Assembly: GCA_965234725.1 (NCBI GenBank)
Contig: CBDDUX010000031.1
Span: 1 to 54,411 of the forward strand
Source: Thermoplasmatota archaeon
GTDB lineage: Archaea; Thermoplasmatota; Penumbrarchaeia; Penumbrarchaeales; Penumbrarchaeaceae
Reading direction: 5' to 3'
DNA length: 54,411 nucleotides
Shown piece after piece: positions 31,045 through 41,384 of this stretch (its first letter is position 1; each line of letters opens with the position of its first letter). A model generated the notes under the pieces. That model was not told where the DNA came from. It worked only from the letters and a program-made list of their open reading frames with translations, and ran no database searches. A program made the translations under genes and the position numbers.

Positions 31045-31063
31045 TCCCGGCACCCGCACCATT
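31045..31063 (+). repeat. 19-bp direct repeat of the tRNA-Gly 3' end (att-like)
   Basis: TCCCGGCACCCGCACCATT is identical to 30882-30900 and lies 163 bp downstream. Confidence 0.9.
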
Positions 31064-31181
31064 ACTTCAAATTTTTCTTTAATCTATGTAATGGTGCTTG
31101 GATTGACGTGAGGGGTTTGAAGGAAGTGAAATGGGGTTTGGGGGGAGAAACTCATTTGTTCCAAAGATCATATACTCCCTC

Positions 31182-31901
31182 ATGGATGATCTACCAGATC
31201 CTTCTTCGAAAAAGGTTGCACTGGTAACAGGAGGCTACAAGAAGATAGGCCTGGAGATCTCAAAGGCCCTCAAAGACATGGGGTATAATGTTATCGCAAC
31301 ATACAGGTCCGATCCTGACATCGCTCTGAAAGCATCCGAGGAAATTGGTTTTGAGGTCCTCCACGCAGATATGTCGAAGGAGGAGGACGTAAAGGATCTC
31401 TTCTCGAATCTCAGGTCCAGAGGTGTTTTCGTATCGGTCCTTGTGAACAATGTCTCATCGTTCCCCAGAGGTCCTCTGATCGGTATGGACCCTCATGAAT
31501 TCAGACAAGCTTTCGAAAGCTGCGTATATTCTTCCTTCTACTCGATAAATGAAGCTGTAAAGGATATGAGGAGAAACGTAGGGGGCTCGATAATCAACAT
31601 AGGAATGGCCGGGACCCAAGATGTCAAAGGGTACATTGACGTCGCCGCCCATGCATCTGCAAAGACGGCCCTAGCGGTCCTTTCAATGTCACTTGGAAGG
31701 GAGCTGGAAGATGAGGATATATCTGTGGACCTTGTTTCTCCAGGTTTGGTGGATGATCCTGAAAGGGATGATGATTGGAGGGAAAGGATGAGAAGGATAT
31801 CTCCTTCGGGGGATCTGGTTTCACGGACCGATATTGCGAGAGCGGTCATCACTCTCTTGAAGGATCGAAAGATCGGTGGAAGGATCGTTGAGATCATTTG
31901 A
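31182..31901 (+). CDS. SDR family oxidoreductase (pteridine reductase-like N-terminus, atypical active site)
   Basis: ALVTGG.KKIG, ADM, LVNN.S, G.IINIG, HASAK in place of YxxxK, VSPG. Confidence 0.85.
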   Translation: MDDLPDPSSKKVALVTGGYKKIGLEISKALKDMGYNVIATYRSDPDIALKASEEIGFEVLHADMSKEEDVKDLFSNLRSRGVFVSVLVNNVSSFPRGPLIGMDPHEFRQAFESCVYSSFYSINEAVKDMRRNVGGSIINIGMAGTQDVKGYIDVAAHASAKTALAVLSMSLGRELEDEDISVDLVSPGLVDDPERDDDWRERMRRISPSGDLVSRTDIARAVITLLKDRKIGGRIVEII

Positions 31902-32040
31902 TAATGATATGCATCATTCGAGGGTTTATGGGATATCCCGGGGATATCCCAATTGCCGCCTTTCTGGGACATAATTATAAAAAATGGAAACCTCCTGAGT
32001 GAATGATAGGCATTTGGGAAAGGATCTGTGAGGTGCGGTT

Positions 32041-32967
32041 GTGTGGTTAGGTCTGGGCGGAACGATACTGGGTCTTTTTATCCTGATCTGGGGTTCAAAC
32101 CTACTCATTGATGGGTCCGCTGGTCTAGCCAAGAAGAAAGGGATAAGCGGGCATGTAATAGGTTTGACCCTGGTTGCCACCGCCACATCCCTGCCCGAAC
32201 TGGCCACTGCCATTACAGCAACGATCTCGAACAGTCATGGTATTGCAATCGGTAATGTGGTTGGTTCAAATGCATTCAATATCGGGATTGTCCTGGCAGT
32301 TGGGGCTTTGATCATCCCCATTCTCCCTGATCGGTCCGCAACAAGGGACGGATTGATCGTGCTGGTTGCAACATGTATCTTTGCGATCTTCTCGGTGATA
32401 ACCGGTAGGGGTATCGGAAGGATCGAGGCTCTGATCCTCTTCTTCCTTTACGTCATCTATGTGTTCTACCTTATCAGGACAACAAAGATGTCAGGGGAGG
32501 TTGAGGTGGGAGATAGGTCCACATTGACCATGGTATTTATGATACTGGTAGGAACATTATTCCTCTTCATCGGTTCACCGATCCTTGTTGGTTCCGCCGA
32601 GAGGTTGTCCAGAGTATGGGGAATTGAAGATTCTGTAATCGCTGTCACCTTGATAGCGGCGGGGACCTCACTTCCCGAACTAATGGCAACAATTACGGCA
32701 GCGATCAAGGGTCATGAAGGTATTGCGGTCGGTAATGTCTTGGGATCGAACCTTTTCAATATTCTATTGATTCCGGGTATAGCAGCAATGATTCATCCTC
32801 TGGATATCAGCCCACTTATTGGACAGGCTCTGATACCGGGAATGTTGCTCCTCACTGCTCTGGCACTTCTCCTGACAACAAGGAAATTGGGAAGGAAAGA
32901 GGGTGTCCTTCTGATGATTGGCTTTTCCCTTTTCTTCGTTTTAAGTCTAAGGGATGTAATATTCTAA
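32041..32967 (+). CDS. Calcium/sodium (CaCA, YrbG-like) antiporter
   Basis: Duplicated alpha repeats ATSLPEL...GNVVGSN and GTSLPEL...GNVLGSN. Confidence 0.93.
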   Translation: MWLGLGGTILGLFILIWGSNLLIDGSAGLAKKKGISGHVIGLTLVATATSLPELATAITATISNSHGIAIGNVVGSNAFNIGIVLAVGALIIPILPDRSATRDGLIVLVATCIFAIFSVITGRGIGRIEALILFFLYVIYVFYLIRTTKMSGEVEVGDRSTLTMVFMILVGTLFLFIGSPILVGSAERLSRVWGIEDSVIAVTLIAAGTSLPELMATITAAIKGHEGIAVGNVLGSNLFNILLIPGIAAMIHPLDISPLIGQALIPGMLLLTALALLLTTRKLGRKEGVLLMIGFSLFFVLSLRDVIF

Positions 32968-33006
32968 GGGACCGTGGATATTCGAGATGGTCCACTTATA
33001 CACAGC

Positions 33007-34860
33007 CTATTTCAATTCTTCCAGATAGGAGATCTTTATTGTGGCAGACCAATCGTTACCAGGATCATTTGACCTTACTATCACTCCGAACGGACCGATG
33101 AAATCACCTGCATTGTTACAGGTTACCACAAGGGTCCAATCGGCTCCTCCGATCTTTTCGGTCTCATTTACCTCGTAGTTGATACGCAGAGAACCACCCG
33201 ATCCAGGTCCATCTGTCATGACAGTTCCGTTGGGTGATCTGAGTTCGATCTCGAATTCATCCGGAGCATTGGTCTGAAGTCTGGGGGCAGGTTCGTCCTG
33301 CCAGTTGAAGGTGATGTTGATCCATGTCAGCGTCCCTTGTGTTTCAAGGATTATAGACTCGGAACTCCTTTCATTGGTAGTTCCTGTGCTCCCGATCTGG
33401 GTTGAATTCTCCACGTAAATTATCTCATCTGCAGTCCCATCGATTTCTTCTGGAGGGAAGAAGGTGCTCTGACCGATCGAGAATGTTGCGAAGAGAATTA
33501 TGGGAATAATGGTCAGTGGAACGATCACTGATCTTCTCTTGTCGAAGAATTTCAGATAGAACGGCTCATGATGTATCTCCCTTGCCTCATCAATGTGAAT
33601 GCCCTCTTCTTCTGATTTGATCTTGGCGGCTCTCTCTATGATCTCCTTCCCCCAGGCCCTATAGTAGAACATGAATCCGACCAGGACCATTAGACCTATG
33701 GAGATAATGATCCCATAGAAGAAATGAGGCCGCTCGAACCCTACAGCAATGATATTGGTGAGAATGCCGAAGATCAGGGCTCCGAAGAAGATCCCGGTGA
33801 AGGATGCAAGGAAATTGCACCCGATATATGCTGAGATCTTTTCCTTTGGTGCCAATTTGGATACGAAGGCAAGGTAACCTGGAGCGACCATGAACTCCCC
33901 AATTGAGTAGATCACTATCCCTATAATTGCAATTGCAGGGTTCTGCATGGTGAAAGAGACCCATGCCAATCCGATCAAGTAGACGATCACACCAAGCATC
34001 AATACCTTCAATGATTCCAATCGTTCGACGAACTTTGCAAGAGGTATTCCGAGCAGGATTATGGTTCCGGGATTGAAAACACCCAGAAGGATAACCGGGA
34101 AACTTTCAGGAAGGAAATGGAATCCGTACATTATTGTCTGGAACGGGGCCAGAGATGCAGAATATAGGGCCCAGAAACCAGCCATTAATAGCATCATGAT
34201 AACGAATTTCTTGTCCTTGAACGCGGTCTTGATATTGAACAGGACATCCTTAACGGTCTTGACCTCGCCGGACCTTGGGACCTCTTTGAAAATGAATATT
34301 GCAACAAGAATGTTTATTACAAAGTAAATTGAAGATATTCCGAAAACCCACGCATACATGTCCTGGGTGAGGACCCCGAATACAATGAGACCCGTCCAGA
34401 TCATTGCAAATCCGAAAGCGGCAAGATTGACGGTCCAGTAGTAAATTGAGTACGCCACATTCCTATCCTTTTGAGGTGTAGCCTTGGCGATAGTGGAGGA
34501 GACGAGGGGTTTGTATGTCCCAATTCCAAATCCCAGCAGCATTACACCAATTACTGCCATGATCGAATTATTGGCCAGCGCAAGGAATATGTAGGCAAAG
34601 GTGAGAACGGTGAATCCTACGATCATCTGCTTTTTGTATCCCACCTTTTCAGCTAATGCGCTGCTGAAGATCGGCATGCCATATTGGAATGGATACATGA
34701 ACACTGTTAGGATCAATCCTAGCCAGATAGGGATCCCCACATTGTAGATGAAGTGGACAGCCAGGATCGGCATCATGGAATAATAGGCACCTCTCTCCAT
34801 CAATTCGAAGATCTGAACGATCCAGAAAACCGATGGGAATCTCTTGAATAGCGATGGCAT
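33007..34860 (-). CDS. MFS transporter (POT/peptide-like) with extra C-terminal exported domain
   Basis: ELMERGAYY (ExxER motif), YSIYYW.VN, GE...P, ~13 TM helices, soluble C-terminal extension. Confidence 0.85.
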   Translation of the reverse strand: MPSLFKRFPSVFWIVQIFELMERGAYYSMMPILAVHFIYNVGIPIWLGLILTVFMYPFQYGMPIFSSALAEKVGYKKQMIVGFTVLTFAYIFLALANNSIMAVIGVMLLGFGIGTYKPLVSSTIAKATPQKDRNVAYSIYYWTVNLAAFGFAMIWTGLIVFGVLTQDMYAWVFGISSIYFVINILVAIFIFKEVPRSGEVKTVKDVLFNIKTAFKDKKFVIMMLLMAGFWALYSASLAPFQTIMYGFHFLPESFPVILLGVFNPGTIILLGIPLAKFVERLESLKVLMLGVIVYLIGLAWVSFTMQNPAIAIIGIVIYSIGEFMVAPGYLAFVSKLAPKEKISAYIGCNFLASFTGIFFGALIFGILTNIIAVGFERPHFFYGIIISIGLMVLVGFMFYYRAWGKEIIERAAKIKSEEEGIHIDEAREIHHEPFYLKFFDKRRSVIVPLTIIPIILFATFSIGQSTFFPPEEIDGTADEIIYVENSTQIGSTGTTNERSSESIILETQGTLTWINITFNWQDEPAPRLQTNAPDEFEIELRSPNGTVMTDGPGSGGSLRINYEVNETEKIGGADWTLVVTCNNAGDFIGPFGVIVRSNDPGNDWSATIKISYLEELK

Positions 34861-34994
34861 GGGACTCCATCGGATATCTTCATGTCTTATTTAAAGAGAT
34901 TTGTTATTTCCTGAAAGCCTATTTTGTATCGTTTTAAGATAGTAAGTTAATTAATCTAAGATGATGTGATATGCCTGTCTGGATGCTGGGGTAG

Positions 34995-35900
34995 ATGGAA
35001 CGGGAACGAACTGGTATGTTGCTGATCTTGGTGACTGTTATCCTATGGTCTACCATCGAGGTCGTGACCAAACTCGTCCACCACGACATTCCTTCCATGA
35101 CGATCTCATTCCTCAGATTCACCTTTGGTGGATTGTTCCTTCTTCCGATCGGGATAAGCGGACTTCTTAAAGGAAATGCCCGTAAGGCCGACCTCAAGGA
35201 TTGGATCTCCCTCATCCTCCTTTCAATACTCGGGATCACGCTTACATTCTCATTATATCATAAAGCCCTGGACTGGATCTCAGCTTCCTCGGTTGCAACA
35301 CTGGTATCAATGGTGCCGATCTTCGTTGCTCCCGCAGCTTTCATTTTTCTAAAAGAGAAGATCGGGTGGATACAACTTGTCGGATTGGTACTGGGAACTT
35401 TTGGGGTAGGACTCATCTACCTTTCGGAGGAACCCAACTGGTGGTCTGTACAAGGAGTTGGTTTGATGGTCCTTTCCATTACCTGCTTCTCGATATATGC
35501 TGTGTTGATGAAGAGATTGAATCAAAAGATGACCGCAAGGGTCACCACCCCCTTCACTCTTCTAATCGGGGGGATATTTACAGCACCCATCACACTGATC
35601 GACGGCGCTCCCCTCTTCAGAACCACTGACACTCTGGGATATGTTCATCTCGGATGGCTTGCATTTGCTGCCGTAGGATTGGCATATCTTTTCTACTTCT
35701 TCGGGTTGGAGAGAACGGGTGCTGCAAAGGGAAATTCTTTGATGTATGTGAAACCCCTAATCGCCGGGTCTCTTGCGTGGATGTTTCTTGGGGAGGAACC
35801 CTCCCCTGCCAGGATCGCTTCCATTATTCTCGTAAGTGCTTCGATCTACTTTGTTCTGAAAGGCCCAAAGGTCCTGAAGATCGACGAAAGAGTTCCTTAA
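34995..35900 (+). CDS. DMT/EamA family transporter
   Basis: 10 TM helices, W......K, R F..G, LKEK and LGE motifs. Confidence 0.9.
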   Translation: MERERTGMLLILVTVILWSTIEVVTKLVHHDIPSMTISFLRFTFGGLFLLPIGISGLLKGNARKADLKDWISLILLSILGITLTFSLYHKALDWISASSVATLVSMVPIFVAPAAFIFLKEKIGWIQLVGLVLGTFGVGLIYLSEEPNWWSVQGVGLMVLSITCFSIYAVLMKRLNQKMTARVTTPFTLLIGGIFTAPITLIDGAPLFRTTDTLGYVHLGWLAFAAVGLAYLFYFFGLERTGAAKGNSLMYVKPLIAGSLAWMFLGEEPSPARIASIILVSASIYFVLKGPKVLKIDERVP

Positions 35901-35985
35901 GGGCCCTTGTTTTCACCACATGAGAGGGATAGTTTTATTTTGACAATCGGATCATTACAATCGGAACAACGGAGGGAGAGTTCTG

Positions 35986-38900
35986 ATGAGAGTCAAAGGG
36001 TTAATTCTGGTTTTTGGAGCCATGTTATTGTTGCCATCTGCTTCTGTTTTATTACTTGCAGATGATGACTTCTCAGGTGATGGTATTCATATGGATCATT
36101 CATCGCCAATTGCGGGAGATGCTGCCTTTACCATAGATGGTGATCTTGAGTTGGAGCAAAAAGCAACTGAAATGGGATGGGAGGGTGCCGGAACCAGCTC
36201 CGATCCTATCATTGCCGATGGTATGGAGATCGATGCACAGGGTGGCTCTCAATGTGTGAGGATCACTAATACAAATCTCCATCTGAACATCACCGATTCC
36301 GTTTTCATGAATGCAACTAGCTGGTCCGGAGGTTACGGCATTTATCTAAATTCATGCGGAAATGTATCTGTAATCAATTGCACCATCAAAGATAACAGGC
36401 AGGGTATAATGATCATGGGATCAACGAACATCAGTTGTAAGAATTGCACATTTTTTAACAATTCACAATCCAATATATATTCGAATTATTCAGAAAATGT
36501 ATCATTTCTATTGTGCAATTCCTCAGATAGTTATTATGGTGCTGTAATAACCAGTTCTGAGAAGATCGCTTTTTCCCATTGTGTTATGAACAGATCCTCA
36601 TTCACACTTGATATCAGGATGACCAATAATTCGGTCCTTGACGGTTGTGACTTCGGCTCACCGGGCACTTACTCTATGTCAGCTGTTGATAATCTTACCA
36701 TAAGAAACTGCAATTTCGTGGATGCTCCCATATCTTTGAATTCATGCAGATTCTCCAATATTATTGGAAATACCCTAAGGGACTCCAATCTAAATATTGG
36801 CGAACCAATAACTTCGAGGATATGGGAGAATGATTTCTTCAACCAATCTATATTTTTTACCGGAGGTCTGGGTTATTTCAATGAGATCGAGATCTCATCC
36901 AATAACACTGTGAACGGTCTACCTATCTTTTATGCCCATGACACAGACTATATGGGTGGCTCGCTTGCTACAGGATATGGTCAATATATTCTAGGAAATG
37001 TATCGAACGTGATCATCTCGAATCTGAACCTTGGCCGAGCCGGTTATCCTATGATCATCTCCTACTCAAACAACATTTGGATAGACAATGTCTACCTTTC
37101 CAATTCGATAAACGGGATAACGGTATTTGAATGCCGGGACCTGGAGATCGCTGACAGCACAGTGGTCGATTCCCTTAACTATGGATTGTCGATACAAAGG
37201 ACCAGCAATTCACTGATAAAGGGAAATACCATTGATGGTGCAGAGATCGGCATTTTCATGAACTGGCAATGCAGTTCAAACAGGGTCCTGAATAATAATG
37301 TATTCAATTCCACCCGATATGGGATCTTGATCTATTCTAGGATATACAACTCCCTGATAGAAGAGAATATTCTTAGATTGAATGATGTCGGGATCTGTCT
37401 GCTTGAGTATGATCTTTCAGGGAATAGGATCTCCCGAAACAGGATAATTGACAGTTGGGATACAGGGATACTGGCTGATAGTGTACAGCTTTCAAATGTT
37501 ATCATAGGAAACGAGATCACGGGATCCAAAGTTGGCGGGATGGAGCTGTATAACTGTATCAACCTAAATGTTGTTGACAATATCATCTCGGGTTCCGGTT
37601 CATACTCCATACTTCTCAACGATTCGGATCAGAATAATTTTTATGAAAATCAGATGGAAGGATCCGGCTTCATGCTCTATCGATACTCAGGTGTAGGTTA
37701 TGGTAACACTATCCCATCCAACAACACAGTGAATTCAATGCCTGTTTATTATTACATTGGGAATGGAGAGACCTGGAGCGTACCGGAGAATACGGGTCAG
37801 GCCGTTATTGACGGCTGCTCAAATCTGAAGGTGGAGGGTATAAGTTTCGACAACGTGTCCTATCCCATTGTCGCTTCAAGAGCAAATAACCTTGTGATCT
37901 CGGATTGCAGTTTCAATGACTGTGGGGAAGGTGGGATCCACATATTCCAGCCATCTGTCACAACTATCCTGGGAAATAATTTCACCAGGAGTGAGAACGG
38001 AGTAGCCCTTGTCAACGGGCAAATGTCACAATCCAAGACAGTGTATGTCGATTTCAATAATTTCACATCTATAAACGGTGTGGGATTGAAGGTCAGAGGG
38101 TACAAAGGATTTTACACGGAGGGGAACCTCTTCAAGGATTGTAAATTCGGGTGCTTGTTGGATAACTGCAACAATTATTCCATGAAGAAGGACCTCTTCA
38201 TTGATTGTGCTGGTGCGGGGATCCTGATGTTCAGGAATAGTAACAACAGGATAACCGAGAGCACTTTCTATTCATGCGGAGTTGGCATCCATGAGATCGA
38301 TCGCTGCAACAACAATGTGTTGACCTTCAATCTGATCAAAGGATGCTCAGGTCCTGCCATTCATCTGGATCCCACTTCATACAATGACAAGGTCTACAAC
38401 AACGCATTCATCTTGAACAACGGAACGGGTGAGACCTATGTTGATGGCAAACCCCAGGTACTCGATGAGAACAAAGGGGGAAGATGGTTCCATCCCAATG
38501 GCATCGGAAATCACTGGTATGATCTAAGAGAACCCGATTCCGACTCCGATGGAACAGTTGACATTCCTTACATCATTGCAGATGATCTTACTGATGATTT
38601 CCCAATAGCAGAGCTTCATCTAACGATTGCGACAGCTCCCACTCATCCGGGTGCAGTGGGATTCAAGGGATACGTACATGTTGGCTGGAGAGAACCTGAA
38701 GAGACCAGAGGAATGCCTGTAATGTCCTACAACATATACAGGAACAACGGCACATCGGAAGACGAGATCGTCTCAACTGTTTCGGGGATGGAGTATATAT
38801 TCAACGATACGGATGTTCTGAACGATGTTACCTATACTTACCATGTCCAGGCAGTCACTGTCTTTGGATCAGGTGAGCTCACAGGCCCCTTTACGGCCAC

Positions 38901-40554
38901 TCCAGATGGAACACCTCCCTTCCTGGAGATCTTGAACCCGTTGGATGGTTCCATTTTCAATATAGATTCCATCAAGGTGGAATGGGATGCCAGGGACACA
39001 ATTATAGGATCAGGATTGAAGTTCGTAACTTTTACCATGGATGGAGGATCGCCGCAGGATGTAACGGACCTGAGTTCCCTGGATGTAATGAACCTCACCG
39101 GAGGGGAACACGAGATCACGATCGAGGCCATGGATAACGTTGGAAATGGAATAACGGTTTCAGCCTCGTTCATTGTGGACCTGGACGATCCATTTGTCGA
39201 GATTTCCAGTCCTTTGAACGGATCCCTCCTCAATACCAGATCCTTTATGATCAGCTGGAACGGTTCCGATCCGACCACAGCTGTAAGCAATTATTCCGTC
39301 AGGATCGATAGCGGTCCATGGACGGAGGTGGGAACCAATACCAGCATGATCCTTTCGGATCTATCCGAGGGGTTCTATCAGCTGAGCATAATGGCCATCG
39401 ATATGGCTGGAAATTTCAATACCTCTTCCATATCGATCTCCATAGACTTCACTCCGCCTACATTGACATTGAGATCCCCCACCAACGGGTCCTATCACAA
39501 GCTCAATAGGATACTCGTCAACTGGACCGCGAGCGATGATCTGTTCGGGATCCAAAGGGTCAGTCTCTTTGTTGATGATGTCCTGAACGACGAAGACCTT
39601 GAGATGGAGGAATTCTATGTTGAGGACCTGGAAGATGGGGATCATAACATAACCATCAAGGCAGTTGACATGGCCGGTAACGTCAAACAGATTACCGTTT
39701 TGGTCCATGTTGATACCATACAACCGGAGATCGTCGAATACGGTCCTGTTGGTGTCAATGTCGATGTGGCATCAAACATATTCATTCTTTTCAACGAAGT
39801 GCTGAACTGGAATTCCGTTTCCCTCATGGTGACGGGTGTACCTGTCGCCTTCGAGAGGGAGGGTCTGACGATCCGTTATGATCAACCCTCTCCACTGCAG
39901 TACGGCAGGACCTACCAGATCTCCATTTCGGGAATGGACCTGGCAGGCAACATGGTCTCTCTGGAATGGTCGTTCGAAACCGATGGGAATGGATCAGTCA
40001 GAGGTCAACTGCTCTCCCCCCAAGGTTCCCCATTGGTTGGGGTCCAGATATTCCTTGATGATGATGAAAAGGCCCTTTCCAATGAAAACGGGTATTTCAA
40101 TTTCAATATCACCTACGGGACCTACAATCTTGTTATCCGGGGGAATAATTACCAGGAGAAAGTGGTAAAGGCTGTTGTAAGCGCTGGCAAGACAACGGAC
40201 CTTGGTCAGATCACCATGGAACCGCTTGATGAGACCCCGGGAGAAGAAAAAGATGAGGGCGGATCGGGATCATGGGTCCTGATCGTTGCAATACTTGTAG
40301 TAGTGATCCTCATCGTGGTGATAATAGTGATCTTCATTTTATCAAGAAGGTCCAGAGGTCCAAAGGAGAGCATTGGCGTCTACGAAAAAGCGGAAGGGCT
40401 CAGAGGTATCGCTTCGAAAAGGGGCATTGCCATTGATGATCTGGAACCGGATTACAAGAACGCACTTTATCAGAGAGACATCGGTGACCTGGAGGATTCC
40501 AAACACTCAATGGAAAGATATGTTGAAGACCTTGAAAGGAAGATGGAGGAATAA
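35986..40554 (+). CDS. Large surface protein: NosD/beta-helix repeats, FN3, Ig-like domains, carboxypeptidase-regulatory-like domain, TM anchor
   Basis: IDGD....W.G.GT..DP.I N-terminal motif, NNTVNG.P, GN.W.D...D...DG.VD.PY, Y.IYR..Y.Y.V.A FN3, repeated D.AGN Ig motifs, C-terminal TM. Confidence 0.85.
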   Translation: MRVKGLILVFGAMLLLPSASVLLLADDDFSGDGIHMDHSSPIAGDAAFTIDGDLELEQKATEMGWEGAGTSSDPIIADGMEIDAQGGSQCVRITNTNLHLNITDSVFMNATSWSGGYGIYLNSCGNVSVINCTIKDNRQGIMIMGSTNISCKNCTFFNNSQSNIYSNYSENVSFLLCNSSDSYYGAVITSSEKIAFSHCVMNRSSFTLDIRMTNNSVLDGCDFGSPGTYSMSAVDNLTIRNCNFVDAPISLNSCRFSNIIGNTLRDSNLNIGEPITSRIWENDFFNQSIFFTGGLGYFNEIEISSNNTVNGLPIFYAHDTDYMGGSLATGYGQYILGNVSNVIISNLNLGRAGYPMIISYSNNIWIDNVYLSNSINGITVFECRDLEIADSTVVDSLNYGLSIQRTSNSLIKGNTIDGAEIGIFMNWQCSSNRVLNNNVFNSTRYGILIYSRIYNSLIEENILRLNDVGICLLEYDLSGNRISRNRIIDSWDTGILADSVQLSNVIIGNEITGSKVGGMELYNCINLNVVDNIISGSGSYSILLNDSDQNNFYENQMEGSGFMLYRYSGVGYGNTIPSNNTVNSMPVYYYIGNGETWSVPENTGQAVIDGCSNLKVEGISFDNVSYPIVASRANNLVISDCSFNDCGEGGIHIFQPSVTTILGNNFTRSENGVALVNGQMSQSKTVYVDFNNFTSINGVGLKVRGYKGFYTEGNLFKDCKFGCLLDNCNNYSMKKDLFIDCAGAGILMFRNSNNRITESTFYSCGVGIHEIDRCNNNVLTFNLIKGCSGPAIHLDPTSYNDKVYNNAFILNNGTGETYVDGKPQVLDENKGGRWFHPNGIGNHWYDLREPDSDSDGTVDIPYIIADDLTDDFPIAELHLTIATAPTHPGAVGFKGYVHVGWREPEETRGMPVMSYNIYRNNGTSEDEIVSTVSGMEYIFNDTDVLNDVTYTYHVQAVTVFGSGELTGPFTATPDGTPPFLEILNPLDGSIFNIDSIKVEWDARDTIIGSGLKFVTFTMDGGSPQDVTDLSSLDVMNLTGGEHEITIEAMDNVGNGITVSASFIVDLDDPFVEISSPLNGSLLNTRSFMISWNGSDPTTAVSNYSVRIDSGPWTEVGTNTSMILSDLSEGFYQLSIMAIDMAGNFNTSSISISIDFTPPTLTLRSPTNGSYHKLNRILVNWTASDDLFGIQRVSLFVDDVLNDEDLEMEEFYVEDLEDGDHNITIKAVDMAGNVKQITVLVHVDTIQPEIVEYGPVGVNVDVASNIFILFNEVLNWNSVSLMVTGVPVAFEREGLTIRYDQPSPLQYGRTYQISISGMDLAGNMVSLEWSFETDGNGSVRGQLLSPQGSPLVGVQIFLDDDEKALSNENGYFNFNITYGTYNLVIRGNNYQEKVVKAVVSAGKTTDLGQITMEPLDETPGEEKDEGGSGSWVLIVAILVVVILIVVIIVIFILSRRSRGPKESIGVYEKAEGLRGIASKRGIAIDDLEPDYKNALYQRDIGDLEDSKHSMERYVEDLERKMEE

Positions 40555-40593
40555 GGTCCATTCAAAGTAATTCAATGGGAAATATAGATATCC

Positions 40594-40887
40594 GTGACTT
40601 CGTTTCTCATACGAATGAAGGTCTTTCCAGTGGACCTCCTCATGGGGCTCCTCCTCTCATTGATGCTGCTCTGCATCCTTGCAGGGTCCTACATATTCAT
40701 TGGCAGGAGGGAAAAAGGACCGATCATCCTTCTTGTTTCCGCTTTGATAGGAGTTATGGGCCCAGTCTTTCATATCCTGGACCAGGTAGAAGTTGTTGAG
40801 ATCGATACGATATTGATCTGGGTCCCGATCATCATTTGGTTGGCCGGAACCGTGTTCTCCATCTTCCGGTGGAGGAGAAGGGAATGA
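40594..40887 (+). CDS. Small three-TM membrane protein
   Basis: Three hydrophobic helices ending RWRRRE. Stop overlaps the next start (ATGA). Confidence 0.65.
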   Translation: MTSFLIRMKVFPVDLLMGLLLSLMLLCILAGSYIFIGRREKGPIILLVSALIGVMGPVFHILDQVEVVEIDTILIWVPIIIWLAGTVFSIFRWRRRE

Positions 40888-41384
40888 CCGACCCTTTGGA
40901 CCTCCCCCTCAGAAAACGGATGACAGAATACATCAGAAGGAATCCTGGTGTCCATTTCAGGCAGATCTCTCGTGACCTTGAACTGGCCATCGGCCAGCTG
41001 GACTTTCATCTGAACGCACTTGTGAAGGGCGAGGTCATCGTGAAGGATTCCTCTACTGCGAATGCCAGATATTATGTAAGGGACAGGTTCACAAAGGATG
41101 AGAGAAGATCGATGTCAATACTGAGGAGAGAGATCCCTAGAGGTATCGTCATCTTTCTCCTGGAACATGGCCAGGCCACTCCCCATGAGATCCTTGATTC
41201 TTTTAGCTTCACCCACGCAACCCTCTCCTATCATCTGAAAAGATTGGAAAAAGCGGGGATACTGAATGTCTCACAGGTGGGCAGGGAACGTTTCTACTCT
41301 TTAAATGATCATGATCTGATAGAGATGCTCCTTGTAATGTACAAGACCACCCTTCTGGATACCATTGTAGATGGTATCTCCTAA
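40884..41384 (+). CDS. Double winged-helix transcriptional regulator (ArsR/MarR-like)
   Basis: R.RM.EYI..NPG.HFRQI.RDL....GQL.FHL and a second HTH ATLSYHLKRL..AG. Confidence 0.85.
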   Translation: MTDPLDLPLRKRMTEYIRRNPGVHFRQISRDLELAIGQLDFHLNALVKGEVIVKDSSTANARYYVRDRFTKDERRSMSILRREIPRGIVIFLLEHGQATPHEILDSFSFTHATLSYHLKRLEKAGILNVSQVGRERFYSLNDHDLIEMLLVMYKTTLLDTIVDGIS

